Positions 38,500-50,326 of a DNA stretch of 64,000 bases are shown one piece after another. The first letter of the stretch is position 1. Each line of letters begins with the position of its first letter. The stretch comes from Camelus dromedarius (taxonomy: Eukaryota): contig NC_087437.1 of NCBI RefSeq assembly GCF_036321535.1, forward strand, positions 59,708,001 through 59,772,000. Direction: 5' to 3'. Position numbers and translations under genes: made by a program. The notes under the pieces were generated by a model. The model ran no database searches, was not told the DNA's origin, and worked only from the letters and a program-made list of their open reading frames with translations.

Positions 38500-39720
38500 A
38501 AGTTCTTGGTTTTATTCATCTTTTCTATTTTTAAATGTCTTTTATTTATTTCCTCTCTGATTTATTATTTCCTTCCTTCTGCTGACTTTGGGTTTGGTTT
38601 ATTCTTTTCTAATTCTTTTAGGTGGTAAGTTAGATTTTTCATTTGAGATTTTTCTTATTTCTTGAAGAAGAAATTTCTTATTTCTTATTTCTTGTATCAC
38701 TATGAACTTCCTTCTTAGAACTGCTTTTGCTGCCTTTCATAGATTTTGTAAAGTTGTGTTTTTATTTTCATTTGGCTCAAGGTATTTTCTGATTTCATCT
38801 TTGAGTCCATTGATGTTTTAATCGCACACTGTTTGGTCTCCCTGTGATCATTTTTCCCCATTTTTCTTTCTGTGGTTGATTTCTAGTTTCATCCCTTTGT
38901 AGTCAGAAAAGATGCTTGAATTAATATTTATCCCCTTGAACTTTTTGATACTTTTTTTTGTAGTATGTGGTCAATCCTAGAGAATATTCCATGTGTGCTT
39001 GAAAATAATGTGTATTCTTGGTTTCTTGGATGCAGTGTCCTACAGATACAATTAGGCCCAACTATTCTATTATGTCATTTATGATCTCTGCTACCTTATT
39101 GAGTTTCTGTGTGGAGGATCTGTCCCTCAAAGGGGTATTAAAGTTTCCAGATACAATTGTCAATTTCTCCATTTTCTGTCAATTTCTTCTTTCATGTCTG
39201 TTTATATTTGTTTTATGTATTAAGAGGCTCCTATATTGAGTGCATATGTTAACAAGTGTAATATCGTCTTCTTGTATTGGTCCCAGTATCATTATATAGC
39301 ATCCTTCTTTGTCTTTCTTTATGGGCTTTGTTTTAAAGTCTATTTTGTCTGGTATAAGTATTGCTACCTGAGCTTTCTCATCATTTCCATTTGCATGAAA
39401 GATCTATTTCCATCTCCTCACTTTTCAATTTGTGTGTCTTTTGCCCTAACATGGATCTCTTGTAGGCTGCATATTGAAGGTTCTTGGTTTTTTTGTCCAA
39501 TCTGCCACTCTGTTCTTTGATTGGGGCACGTAGTCCATTGACATTTAAAGTTATTGTTGATAAGTATGTATGTATTGCCATTTTAAGCCTTGTTTTCCAG
39601 TTGATTTTGTAACTCTTCTCTGTTCATTTCTTTTGTTTTTCCTTTTGTGGTTTGATGGTTTTCTTTTGTATTATGCTTGAGTTCTTTTCTTTTTGTTTTT
39701 TTTTAATCTATTGTATTTTT

Positions 39721-42700
39721 TTTAATAGACTTTATTCTTTTAGAGCAGTTTCAGGTTCACAAGAGAATTGAGCAGAAAATAGAGTTCACACATAGCCCTC
39801 CCCACCCACACGTATATACCCCCCTGCCCTCAGCATCCCTCATCAGTGTGGCATATTTGGTACAATCAATGAACTAACATGGGCACATTATTATCAACCA
39901 AAGTCCATAGTTTACATTAGGGTTCACTCTTGATGTTGTACATTATGTGGGTTTTGACAAATGCATAATGACATGTAGCCACCACTGTAGTATCATACAG
40001 AATAATTTCATTGCCCTAAAAATCCCTTGTGCTCCATCTATTCATTCCCCCTTCCCTCCCTCTCCCCAAAACCCTGGAAACCACAGTCTTTTTATTGTTT
40101 CTGTAGCTGTGCCTTTTCCAGAATGTCATTTGGTTGGAATCGTACAGTTTATAGCCTTTTCAGACTGGCTTCTTTCATTTAGTAATGTCTTTTAAGTTTC
40201 TTCTATGTCTTTCATGGCTTGATCTTTTTTTTTTTAACTGCATATATATTTTTTAATTTACATATATGTACTGTTCATTGTTTCTAAGAAAGTTTAGAGC
40301 GTTAGCTTTTTAAACTTAGATAGTTATCAAAGGAATAAAGCCAAACACAAAATAAGAATTAACTCAAAAAGATACATACACCTTGCTATTAACAGCAACA
40401 TTATTTGTAATTGCCAAGATATGGAAGCATCCTAAGTGCATATCAGTAGTTGAATAGATAATGGAGATGCAGTGTGTGTGTGTATGTATATATATAAATA
40501 TATAAACAAAATGGAATGCAACTCACCCATAAAAAAAGGATATTTTGCCATTTGCAGCCCTTCATTCACTTTTTTTTTTCACTTCAAAAACCAGAATTTT
40601 ATAACTGGCAGAGACATCTCCATTACATCAAAAACAACAAAATACCTAGAAATAAACTTAACCAAGGAAGTTACCTATACTCTGAAAACTGAAATGACAC
40701 AAAGAAATGGAAAGATTTCTTTGCTCTTGGATTGGAAGAATCAACACTATCAAAATGGCCACACTACCCAAAGCAATCCACAGATCCAACGCAACTCCCG
40801 TCAAAATATTCGTGACATTCTTCACAGAACTAGAACAAACAATTCCAAATGCATAAGGAACCACAGAAGACCCTAAACAGCCAAAGCAATCTTTTGTAGG
40901 TCTCTCTTTTTTTTTTTTTCTTTCTTCTTTTTTTTCTCTTCTCTTATGGATTGATGACTAGAGAAGGTCCTTTAACATTTGTTGTAAAGTTGGTTTGGTG
41001 GTGCTGAAATCTTTTAGCTTTCGTTTATCTATGAAGCTTTTGATTTCTCCATCAAGTCGGAATGAGAGCCTTGCTAGATATTCTTGGTTTTAAGTTTCCC
41101 CCTTGCGTCACTTTAAATACATTGTGCAACTCCCTTCTGGCATATAGAGTTTCTGCTGAAAAGTCAGCTGATAACCTTATGGGAGTTCCTTTGTGTGTTA
41201 TTCGTTGCTTTTCTCTTGTTAACTTTAATATTTTCTCCTTATCCTTAATTGTTGTCAATTTGATGACTGTGTGCCTTGGTGTGTTCCTCTTTGGGTTGGT
41301 TCTATGTGGTACTCTCTGCGCTTCCAGGACTTGGGTGACTGTTTCCTTTCCAAGTTGGGAAAGTTTTCGGTTATTATCTCTCCAAAAATTTCTCAGGTCC
41401 TTTCTCCTCTTTCTGGGACCCCTATAATGCAAATATTAGAGTGCTTCATGTTGTCCTAGAGTTCTGTTAAACTATCCTCATTCCTTTTTATTCTTTTTTC
41501 TGTTCTGAGGTAGTGATTCCACTAATCTGTCTTCTAGCTCACTGATCCGTTCTTCTGCCTCACTTAATCTATTCTTGGTTCCTTCTAGTGTAGTGTTCAT
41601 TTCAGTGGTTTTATTCTTCAACTCTGTTTAGGTATTCTTTATGTATTCCAACTCTTTGCTAAAAATTTCACTCTGTGCATCTGTACTCCTCTTGAGTTCT
41701 TTGAACATCTTGATCATCATTACTTTAAACTTTTTCTCAGATGAATTGCCTATCTCCTCATCACTTATTTCTTCTTCTGGGATTTTATCTTGTGCTTTGG
41801 TCTGGGAGATACTCCTTTGCCGCCTCATATTGTCTATCTTTCTATGTGTTTGTGGATTCCTTCCACAGACTTTGGGATTATTGTTTTCTTATTTCTAGTA
41901 TATGCCTCGGGTGGATGAGGCTGGACTAGAAGCTTATGCAGGTTTCCTGGCAGGAGGAGCCAGTGCCTGCCCACTGCTGGGAGAAGCTTGGTCCTGAACC
42001 TCTGGTGGGTAGGGCCGTGTCTAGAGGCCTTTGTGGCTTAGGAAGTCTACTGATGGGTGGGCTGTGTTCCCACCCTGTATGTTGTTTGGCCTGAGGCTTC
42101 CCTACAGGCTGTTGGGTGGGGCTGGGTCTTGGTGCTAATGATCCAATCAAGATGTCAGCCTCTAGGAAAGCTCATGTAGATTAACACTCCCAGAATGTCC
42201 GCCACCAGCTTTTATGTCCCCTGAGTGAGCTGCAGCCGTCCCCCATGTCCCCAGGAGACCCTCTAAAACCAGCAGGCAGGTCTGGCCCACGTTCCTATGA
42301 AATCACTGCCTCTGCCCCTGAACCTGGTGCATGTGAGTTTCCGTATAAGGCTTCTCAAGCAAATGGAGTCTCCGTTTCCCCCAGTCCCATGGGGCTCCCT
42401 GAGCCACGCCCCCCTGGCCTTCAAAACCAGATGTCTTGGGGTCTCCTCTTCCCACTGCCGGGACCCAAACTGGGGAGCCTAACATAGGGCCTAGAGCTCT
42501 CACTTCTGTGGGAGGGCCTCTGTGACTTAACAAATCTTCAGCTTGTGGGTTGCCTACCTAGGGGGTCATGGGGCCCAATTATATTGCGAGCATGCTCCTC
42601 CTACCATCCTGCTGTGGTTCCCTCTTTGTTTCCAGTTGCGGATCTTTTTTGCTAGGTTCCAGTCTTTTTTCGATGGTCATTTAGCATTCAGTTGTGGTTT

Positions 42701-42763
42701 TGTTGTAGTCACGAGGAGAGGCAACTCGTGGTCCTACTACCCCGCCTTCTTGACCAGAACTCC
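39721..42763 (-). mobile_element. Nested composite insertion: L1 5' UTR and ORF1 (40892-42763, -), inverted ORF2 piece (40620-40891, +), and L1MC-like 3' UTR (39721-40223, -)
   Basis: ORF1 peptide at 41052-41432 (NPKRNTPRHTVIKL..PIRLSADFSAETL). Approximate TSD ctattgtattttt (39708-39720) / ctatggtatgttttt (42764-42778). The host L1 resumes in register after 42764. Confidence 0.75.
40225..40363 (-). pseudogene. Retroposed mRNA-3'UTR-like sequence, copy 2, directly joined to a plus-strand L1 ORF2 fragment (40364-40558)
   Basis: Poly-T at 40225-40235, then aatttacatatatgtactgttcatt..aaacttagatagttatcaaaggaataaagccaaacacaaaataagaatt, which is nearly identical to 8931-9035. Confidence 0.7.
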
Positions 42764-45700
42764 CTATGGTATGTTTTTGTGTTTACCCTGGTTTTCAAAT
42801 ATATCTACTTGCTTTAAACTGATAGTCATACAAGTTCAAACACATTCTAGAAGAGATACATTTCTACTCCCCTCTCCCACATTTTGGGATTTTGATGCCC
42901 TATTTTGCATTTTCATGCTAATTTATGTTAACATGTTAATTTCATGTTAATTGTAGTTATAGTCATTTTTATCAAAATTTTTTTTATTGTTTTTTAATCC
43001 ATGTCCTGGATCATTTAAGTGATCTTAAATTCTTTTATATATTTGCCTTTCCTATTGTGATTTTTCCCTTCCTATAGATTCTGGCTTCTTTTAAATTTGA
43101 GAAGAACTTTCAGTATTTCTTTTAGGGTAGACTTAGTATTGCTGCATTCTTTAGTTTTTACTTGTCTGAGAAATTCTCTCTCTCCTATTCTGAATGATAG
43201 TCTTGCTGGGTAGAGTATCCTAGTTGGAGCTTTTTTTCTTTTAGGATTTTTGAATATGTCATACCACTCCCTTCTGGCCTGCAAAGCTTTTGTGGAGAAT
43301 TCAGCTGATAGCTTTATGAGAGTTCCCTTGTAACTGACTCTTTTTCTCTTGCTGCTTTTAGAATCCTCTCTTTAACTTTTGCCATTTAAATTATAGTGTA
43401 TCTTAAGTGTTGGTCTGTTTGAGTTGATCTTGTTTGGCACCTTCTCTGCTTCCTGTACCTGGATATCTGTTTCCTTCTTTAGGTTTGCAAAGTTTTCAGC
43501 CATAATTTCTTCCAATACATTTTCGATCCCCTTTTCTCTTTCTTCGCCTTCTGGGACCATTATGTGTAGGTTGGCATGCTTTATATTATCCCATAGCTCT
43601 TAAATGTCACAGTTTTTTTTTTTTTTTTGGTCTTTCTGTCTGCTTTTCTGATTGGGTAATTTCTATTAATCTACCTTCCAGGTCCCTTATTTGTTGTTCT
43701 GCCTAAATATAAATATAAACTAAATATAGTTTGCTATTTATTGCTGTTAGGTTGATTTTTATCTCAGCAATTGAGTTATCTAATTTTGATTGGTTCCTCT
43801 TTATAGTTTCTAGTTCCTTGTTAGCGTGATCTGCATTTCCATAGATAATCTTTCTTAATTCCTTTAAGCATTTTTATTATCTACTTTTTGACCTCTGGCT
43901 CTAGTAGACTGGTGAGGTCTGTTTTGTTATTTGTTCTTTCAGGGAATTTTTCTTGTTCTTTTAATTGGGAGCATTTCCTCTGCTTTTCCAATTTACTTAA
44001 CTTTCTCTGTGTCTAAGAATTGAGCAGAAACAGTTGTCTAGAGTGGTTCTGAAGTGATGTTTTCATGTGGGAGCATCCCTATGAAGACTGCATGAGTCCC
44101 ATATTTTTGTTGTAAGCGGTGTTTTTGGTATGGATGCCAGCCATATCTTTCCTCAGAGTTTACTGGCCATTATCTGCTTGGTAGGGGTGTGACTGATGTT
44201 GTGGTGACCAAAGCCTGCACTGGATGCTGGACAGGGCCCCATCTTTGTCCCATGCTGTCACAGTCCTGTCAGAGGCTCCCAGGTGGTGGAGTAGAAGCCT
44301 GAGGTTCAGGTTTGAGAAGGCTCTGTTGCACTTGATGTGTGCTATGTCCCAAAAGAGGTGACCACTGAAGCAAGTGAGGCCCATGTGGTCACAGCAAACC
44401 TATGCACTGCTTGTGTAAATGTCCACAGTTCTGCCCGGAAGCATTCCAAGATCATGTCCCTTTCTCCACGTGTTTGTCCCAGGCCTCGTACTAGGCTGTG
44501 GTATGTAGCAGGCTGGTCCTGGGGGCTGGGTCGCTTTGGCTTCAGGAATTGAGGTGGTTGTGCTGCTGCCTAGGACTGGGGCCGCCTCTGTTGCAGGCCT
44601 CTCCCAGGACCTGTCAGTCCCATATCCAGCTCCCAGCTGCAGTGCTGGGTGGGCAGAGTATGTTCCTTCCCAGGGGCTGTCTGCCCTAGACATGTGTTTC
44701 TGTGGCGCCACCAGGTGTGTGTACCAACAGAGTCTGCCCAGCCGGACCCACCCCCATGATGCCCATGCTGCTAGGGGGCTCCGACTTTCATCCCGGATCA
44801 TACCCCAGGCTCTCCAGGCCGTCTCTGTGCAGCTAGATGGAGTCTTCTCCCAGGGCCCGTCCATCAGATATTCAGTGTCTAGCAGCTGCATATCCTGCAG
44901 CCCCAGCTGGGAAGTTTCAATGCATAGGGGGTCCTGGGGGCCCCTGGGGAAGGAGGCTGGGCCAGGGAGGGCAGGTCAGGGAAGGCAGGTGGGAGAGGAG
45001 GGGCCACAAAGGCCCCCAGAGAGATGCGAGAGGGGAGAAGGGTTGTCATGGGATTCCTGGATTAGAGAGGAGGTTAGTGTTCCTGAAAGGTGGGACAAGA
45101 TGAGATGGACTCAAGTTTACCACGAAGCTGCCTGTCTGTGACTGTGAACAAGGACTTAAATTTTTCAAAGGATGTATTTACTTAGCCTGGAAAATTATCG
45201 ACATCCCTGCCACATTCTGGCTTAGACCGTTGCTAACGGTAGAGGATTACCTGTATCTCTGACAGCAGGCCTTTAAGCACGGAAATTCTACATGTGTCTA
45301 GTAGGAATTCTTAGCCTGGCTTCGTGCTTCGGGAAAAGGCATCTGTGCTTTGGGAAGTGCCAGGCCCAGGCTGGATGTGGGTTAGAGGGTCAGAGCTGCC
45401 TGGGGTGTGAGAGAGGAGGCCTTCCTGAGAGAGGGCAGGATGCTGTAATGGGGGAACTCCAGGTCCTACCTGGGGGCTGCTTGGGTGTGGGGCCAAATGG
45501 CCAGGACATGCCCCTGGGCAGGACTTGGGGTGGTCACAGAGCTTGTGAATGTGTCATGTGGTGCTGGGGACGGGCTGCGTGTGAGGGAGCGAGGTAAGTC
45601 CAGGGCCTGGAAAGTACTCTTCTGTGGGTGAGCTCACCTAATACTCACAGCCAAATGGGAGGGCAGCGAGGCCAGGAGCCAGCTGGACTCTCCGCAGTTT

Positions 45701-45849
45701 ACGGAGGTGCCCTGCCGGCCGAGGTCAAGGTCATACCTCTCACACAGAGCAGCTCTAACCCTGGTCACACGTGTGTGGATGCGTAGACACGTGAAAATGA
45801 GCACAGGCAGGCGGAGGAGGTGAGGGCTCTTGTGGGTGAGAGTGGGGGA

Positions 45850-46330
45850 GCGGTGGCCATTCTGGGAGCGATCTGTACCATTCAGAAATTTAAGAGTCGG
45901 CAAACCTTATGATCCAGCAGTTGTGTTCCTGAATCTACAACACAGAGAAATTCTAACCATGTGCACAAGGACCCAGGACAAGGATGCTCACAGCAGGCAG
46001 GGTCATTTGTGTGGGGTGGGGAGTGAGTCGGTGGGTGGGAGGGGAGGTGTGTCCATCCAGGCAGGTGAGGGTGGCTGAGCCGTGGTGGGAGCAGCAAACC
46101 ACGGGGCTGGGTGGCAGTGGGTGTGCGCGTGATAGCAGGGCTGGGTCTTCCTAGCACAGTGCCGATTAAAAAAAAAATGGGAATTTCAGTGACCGAAGTT
46201 AAAAACACACATATCCAAAACAATACAAAATTTTGCAAGAATACAGATACGCACTGGGCAGATGAGGATGATTGTCTATTGTGGGGACTGGGGTGGATGT
46301 AGTGATAAACGGGAATAAGTAAGAACTAAG
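45850..46330 (+). mobile_element. Decayed old L1ME-type 3' fragment
   Basis: aaaccttatgatccagcagttgtgttcctgaatctacaacacagagaaattctaaccatgtgcacaagg. Confidence 0.5.
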
Positions 46331-49300
46331 AGAGGGAGCTTACAGGTGGCAGTGGGGAGGCTGGGTCACAGGCTGAGGAGCTCAACCTCTGCTGAGGTTC
46401 CACAGACCGGTGAGAATGAAGCAGAGGGAAATGCTGGACTTGCTGGCTTCATCTGCATCCTGCCCCAGCCCAGATACCCAGGGGACGACCCACTCCCCTA
46501 TTGCCTGGCCCTGCTCTGTGCAGCACCGAGGGACACACAGAGGGATGGTCTCTGCCCTCGAGGTGCCCACCAGCCAGTACAGATGGTGAGGCCAGTGTGC
46601 AAATAACCACGTGGGAGGGGAGAAAGCTTGCGCTCCCGCTCCCTCATGGAAGGCAGGGGTGGGAACTCCTGGGCTGACTCCAGCTGGGGGTGAGGGAGGG
46701 CCTCTCTGAGAATCAGCCTCAGCCGGTGGGAGACAGAGCAGCCTTAACAAGGGGTGGGGAGCACACAGCTGGCAGTTCTGCTTTGCTAATGGGAGGTGTG
46801 CATGGGCACTCCCTCCCATGCGGAGGACCGGGGGAGAAGGTTGTGTCTTGGGTGCCATGCTCAGGGGTTGGGACTTCATCCTAAGAGTGAGTGGCTGGGA
46901 GTCATCAAAGGATGAGCAGGACCGGAGGCCAGCCCCCCAGCCCTGTTCAGCCAGGAGTCCTCAGGAGGAGGAGGGCCTGCCATGGAGACAGGGGTGTGAG
47001 GGAGGCAGGACCCACCAGCCTCAGTGATGGAACAGTGCTGGAGAAAGGGTGGAGCCCCGAGCTGAGCCTGGGCTCCTCTCTGCAGGGCTGGAGGCTGCTC
47101 AGAGCACCATAGGAGCAAGAAAGAATTGATAGCACCTTGCTTTGTCTAGACAGCCCCAGCTTCCAGCTGTCTGCAAAGCCCCGCTTTGTCCAGAAACACC
47201 CCAGTCTCCATGCTTCCGTGGTCCTGCTCAGGCCAGTGCACAGGGAGCAGGGCTCAGGGAAGGACTGGAACAAATCCTATCAGGGCAGCAGGGCTGGAGA
47301 GGGCAGCTGGCCTCTAAGGCTCTGAGTATGTGTGGCACTCAGTGAGGCTGCACAGTGTCCCCATGGGGTGGACATGTCTCCCTCAGAATGGGGGTACCCC
47401 TTGAGATAGCCTGAGAGCCAAGCCAGACCCAGTTGGAGAAGCCTTCACCCCAGAAGCGTATTTGATCTTTGCCAGCATCTCAGGGAGGGGCTGGCCGGTC
47501 CACTCAATGTGTCCTGCAGGGTACCTCCACTGGGCTCCCTGGTAAGGAGACTCAAGGCTCAGTCTTTCTCAGGGTGAGACCCATGGGGCTGTCTGTCTAT
47601 AGAGCAGCTCTGCCTGGGAGGCCCTTTGGGAACTGGTCACATAAGCTGAAAACTCAGACGAGAGTTTAGCTAAATCAGTGGGCTATAAGCAGAGGGCCTC
47701 ATGGAAGGCAGTTGGTTCTCTCTGAATTTTAAATATCACCCCCATCTAGCTTGTCTGTACCCCTCACTTTCCCTATCCAGGTTGGCGGGGGCCAGTGGCA
47801 GGGGGCAGGAGTGTGCTACAGTACATTTCAAGTGAGTTTCAGTTTGAATGGTCATAAATTCCAAGTTGGTGAGTTGAGGTCTGGAGGGTCTACATTTGAT
47901 TTGGACTCCCCGCCACACGCGTGTGTGAACCCCAGTGGATGCACAGGTATGTCGTTCCCAACAGGGCCGGGGCAGGGGGCTGCTTAACCCCTTGTTCTCA
48001 CAGATGAAGAAACACACCCAGGCCTCTGCAGAATGGCGTGGCTACCAAAAAACTCAGCCTACAAGCAAATGTCTGGTCATCCACTGGGTTTAGGGATGAC
48101 ATTTAATGTGCCTTAAGTGGCTGTCATTTTATTATTTTAAAGGAGTGTTTTAAGTAGTAACTCTAAGGACTATGTATTACTCCTTAGCTTACCAAGCCCT
48201 TACACATCTTTTCTTCCAACAACACTGCTTTGAAGGAGTTCTCATTACCTGTGCCCAGAAATGACAAAAGAGGTGATCTTGCTTGTCCAAGATCGCCCAG
48301 GTGGTGAGGGCAGAACATGGACTCCAAGCCAGGCCGGTCTCAGGTGTGAGGTTTTCTCTACTGCACTGTCCTGCTTGCTCAGAAACCTCCTCTGGTCCTG
48401 CCAAACTCCACATTCAGCCCAACCTCGGGGCCTCCGTGCTATCAGTCAGGTGGTCTTAGGATGAGCAGAGGTTTGGCCTTTGGTTTGAGCAGGTGCCGAA
48501 TCACGGCTGCACTAGGTCCCTTGGCCTGTGAGCCTCTGGCGCACCTGAGGTTGGGCCCACTGAACCAGCATGTCACTCTGGCTTGATGAGATGTTAAGGA
48601 CAGGGCTGCTGTGGTTTGTGTTTGACACATATACAAAAATAAATCTCTTCAACAAGCCTGAGAGCCTTCCAAAGGCCATTATCATCTGTGTACACACAAA
48701 AGATGATGGTATCAGAAAGGAAAGCAGAGTCTGGAGACGCTATTATGAAGTCCCTTTTATTTGGAGAACTAGGGCAGCCATAGGGACAGTTGAAAACCCA
48801 CAGCCTACTTTACCAAGATTGTTTTCTTATGGATGATGGTAACCATGGCCAAGTGGGAGCTGTAAAGTGGCCAGGACGGTACTTGCCTGTAACTGGGGGG
48901 AAGTGGATGGCTAGAATTTTATAGCATTTATGGTTTATCTTTATTATTAAAAGTAGCTTTCACTATGGAAAATATAGGAGTAAATACAGATGAGGATTAC
49001 AGAGCAGCTTAATCCTGCTACCCAAAAGTTTTCCCTTTCAGACTGCCCGTCATATGTATAGGCATATGCACTCCTCACCAGGCTTCAAAATTAAACACGG
49101 CACAATTAATTATGTTTGCATTGCATTGATTGTAACAGGATCCCAGCCAGGAACCAGCCTCCCAAGACTTGTAAAAAAGCTGCTTGCGGTAAAGCACGGC
49201 TGCACAGATGGCTCTGTTGGTCTGGCTGGGCTTCCTGTTTTATTTTGCAGTTCACCACGGAGTTAGCTGTAAGGTCAAGGCGACGTGAGACAGAGAAGTG

Positions 49301-50280
49301 GGGAGCTCCAGAATAGGTGATCTCAAAGGTAAACGAGACTTTGGCTTTTGCCCATTTTGATCAGTTTACTGCTCTTGCCTTGCAATTACACAACACACCG
49401 ATCGCTATAGAAATACTTTAACTATTGAAATTATTGCAGGAAAAATGTCTTCTGTTGAGTTGACGATGCTCTAGTGTTTCACTCACTTTTTCCCCATTAA
49501 AAAAGTTGATTTTTTAATGTGGTGTTTGAAACACGTGATTTTCTAGGAGTTGAACTAATGAAACACAACAGAACAGGTTCTCTCTTTATATATTTACATA
49601 CACACATACATATATATGTAATTTAAAAAAAATGAGGATCATACTATACATATAACTTTGTGTTTTGCCTTCTTAATAGCACACAATACACATTTTCCAA
49701 GGTATTTTTCAAAAATATTTTTAATGCCCAAGGTATTCCATTATATATACATAACACATTATCTAATCTACTCCCATATTCAACATTTAAAGTGGCTCCT
49801 AATTTTCTTATAAAAAAATGATAAACATTGACTGTCCACATCTCGTCTTTTTTCTTACCAAAAATTTCTGACTCCAAATTACCTTCGTGAGGATCAGTGA
49901 TAGTGTGTGCTATCACACACGTAGTGCCCAGCACACAGGCAGTAATTGGTAGCTACAAATGGGAAATCAAGAACCTAAGAGAACAGACCAGTTCTGTCGG
50001 AGGTGAGAGGAGAGACATGTGCTGTTTTAACAGGGGATGCTGTAACTGGCCAGTTAGGAGTAAGCTGGATGAGAAGGGATGGGGTGGCTGTTTTTGCTTC
50101 CAGAAGCAGATGGGCCTGCCAGTAGCTAGAATGAAACGATTCTCTATTTTGAACCCAGTACAACACTGCTAGCCGCCCCTTCGGACGTGCTCCTCCAGAG
50201 GCCGGCTGTGAACACACTTACTCTGAACCACGCTGATGATGCTCTTGCCTCAGAACCTTCAGGTAGTAGAAAGCTGTAAT

Positions 50281-50326
50281 CAGAGGGAAAACACATAAAT
50301 CATTGTGTTCTCAAAGATTATTTATT
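50281..50326 (-). terminator. XXYLT1: Polyadenylation signal AATAAA (50326-50321), candidate CA cleavage site near 50304, and downstream GU/U-rich element
   Basis: The minus strand reads AATAAA taatctttgagaacaCA atg atttatgtgttttccctctg, which is canonical PAS-cleavage-DSE spacing. Confidence 0.75.

Larger units (their letters stand above)
33815..44800 (-). mobile_element. Near-full-length, inactivated L1 (3' UTR at 33815, ORF2, ORF1 at about 43070-43700, 5' UTR to about 44.5-44.8 kb) hosting two large nested insertions
   Basis: Colinear L1 peptides in ORFs 34356-34667, 34866-35069, 35130-35453, 35744-36031, 36187-36504, 39381-39581 (EN start TYLSTITLNVNGL) and 43072-43560 (ORF1). Colinear with 8190-13479. 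The 5' boundary is uncertain. Confidence 0.9.

Noticed and set aside
33815..44800. Possible active, full-length L1
   Set aside because: ORF1 and ORF2 are broken into many short frames and interrupted by nested insertions.
44400..45141. Long ORFs of 201 aa (+) and 163 aa (-)
   Set aside because: They overlap GC-rich L1 5' UTR and flanking sequence. There is no recognisable domain or exon structure.
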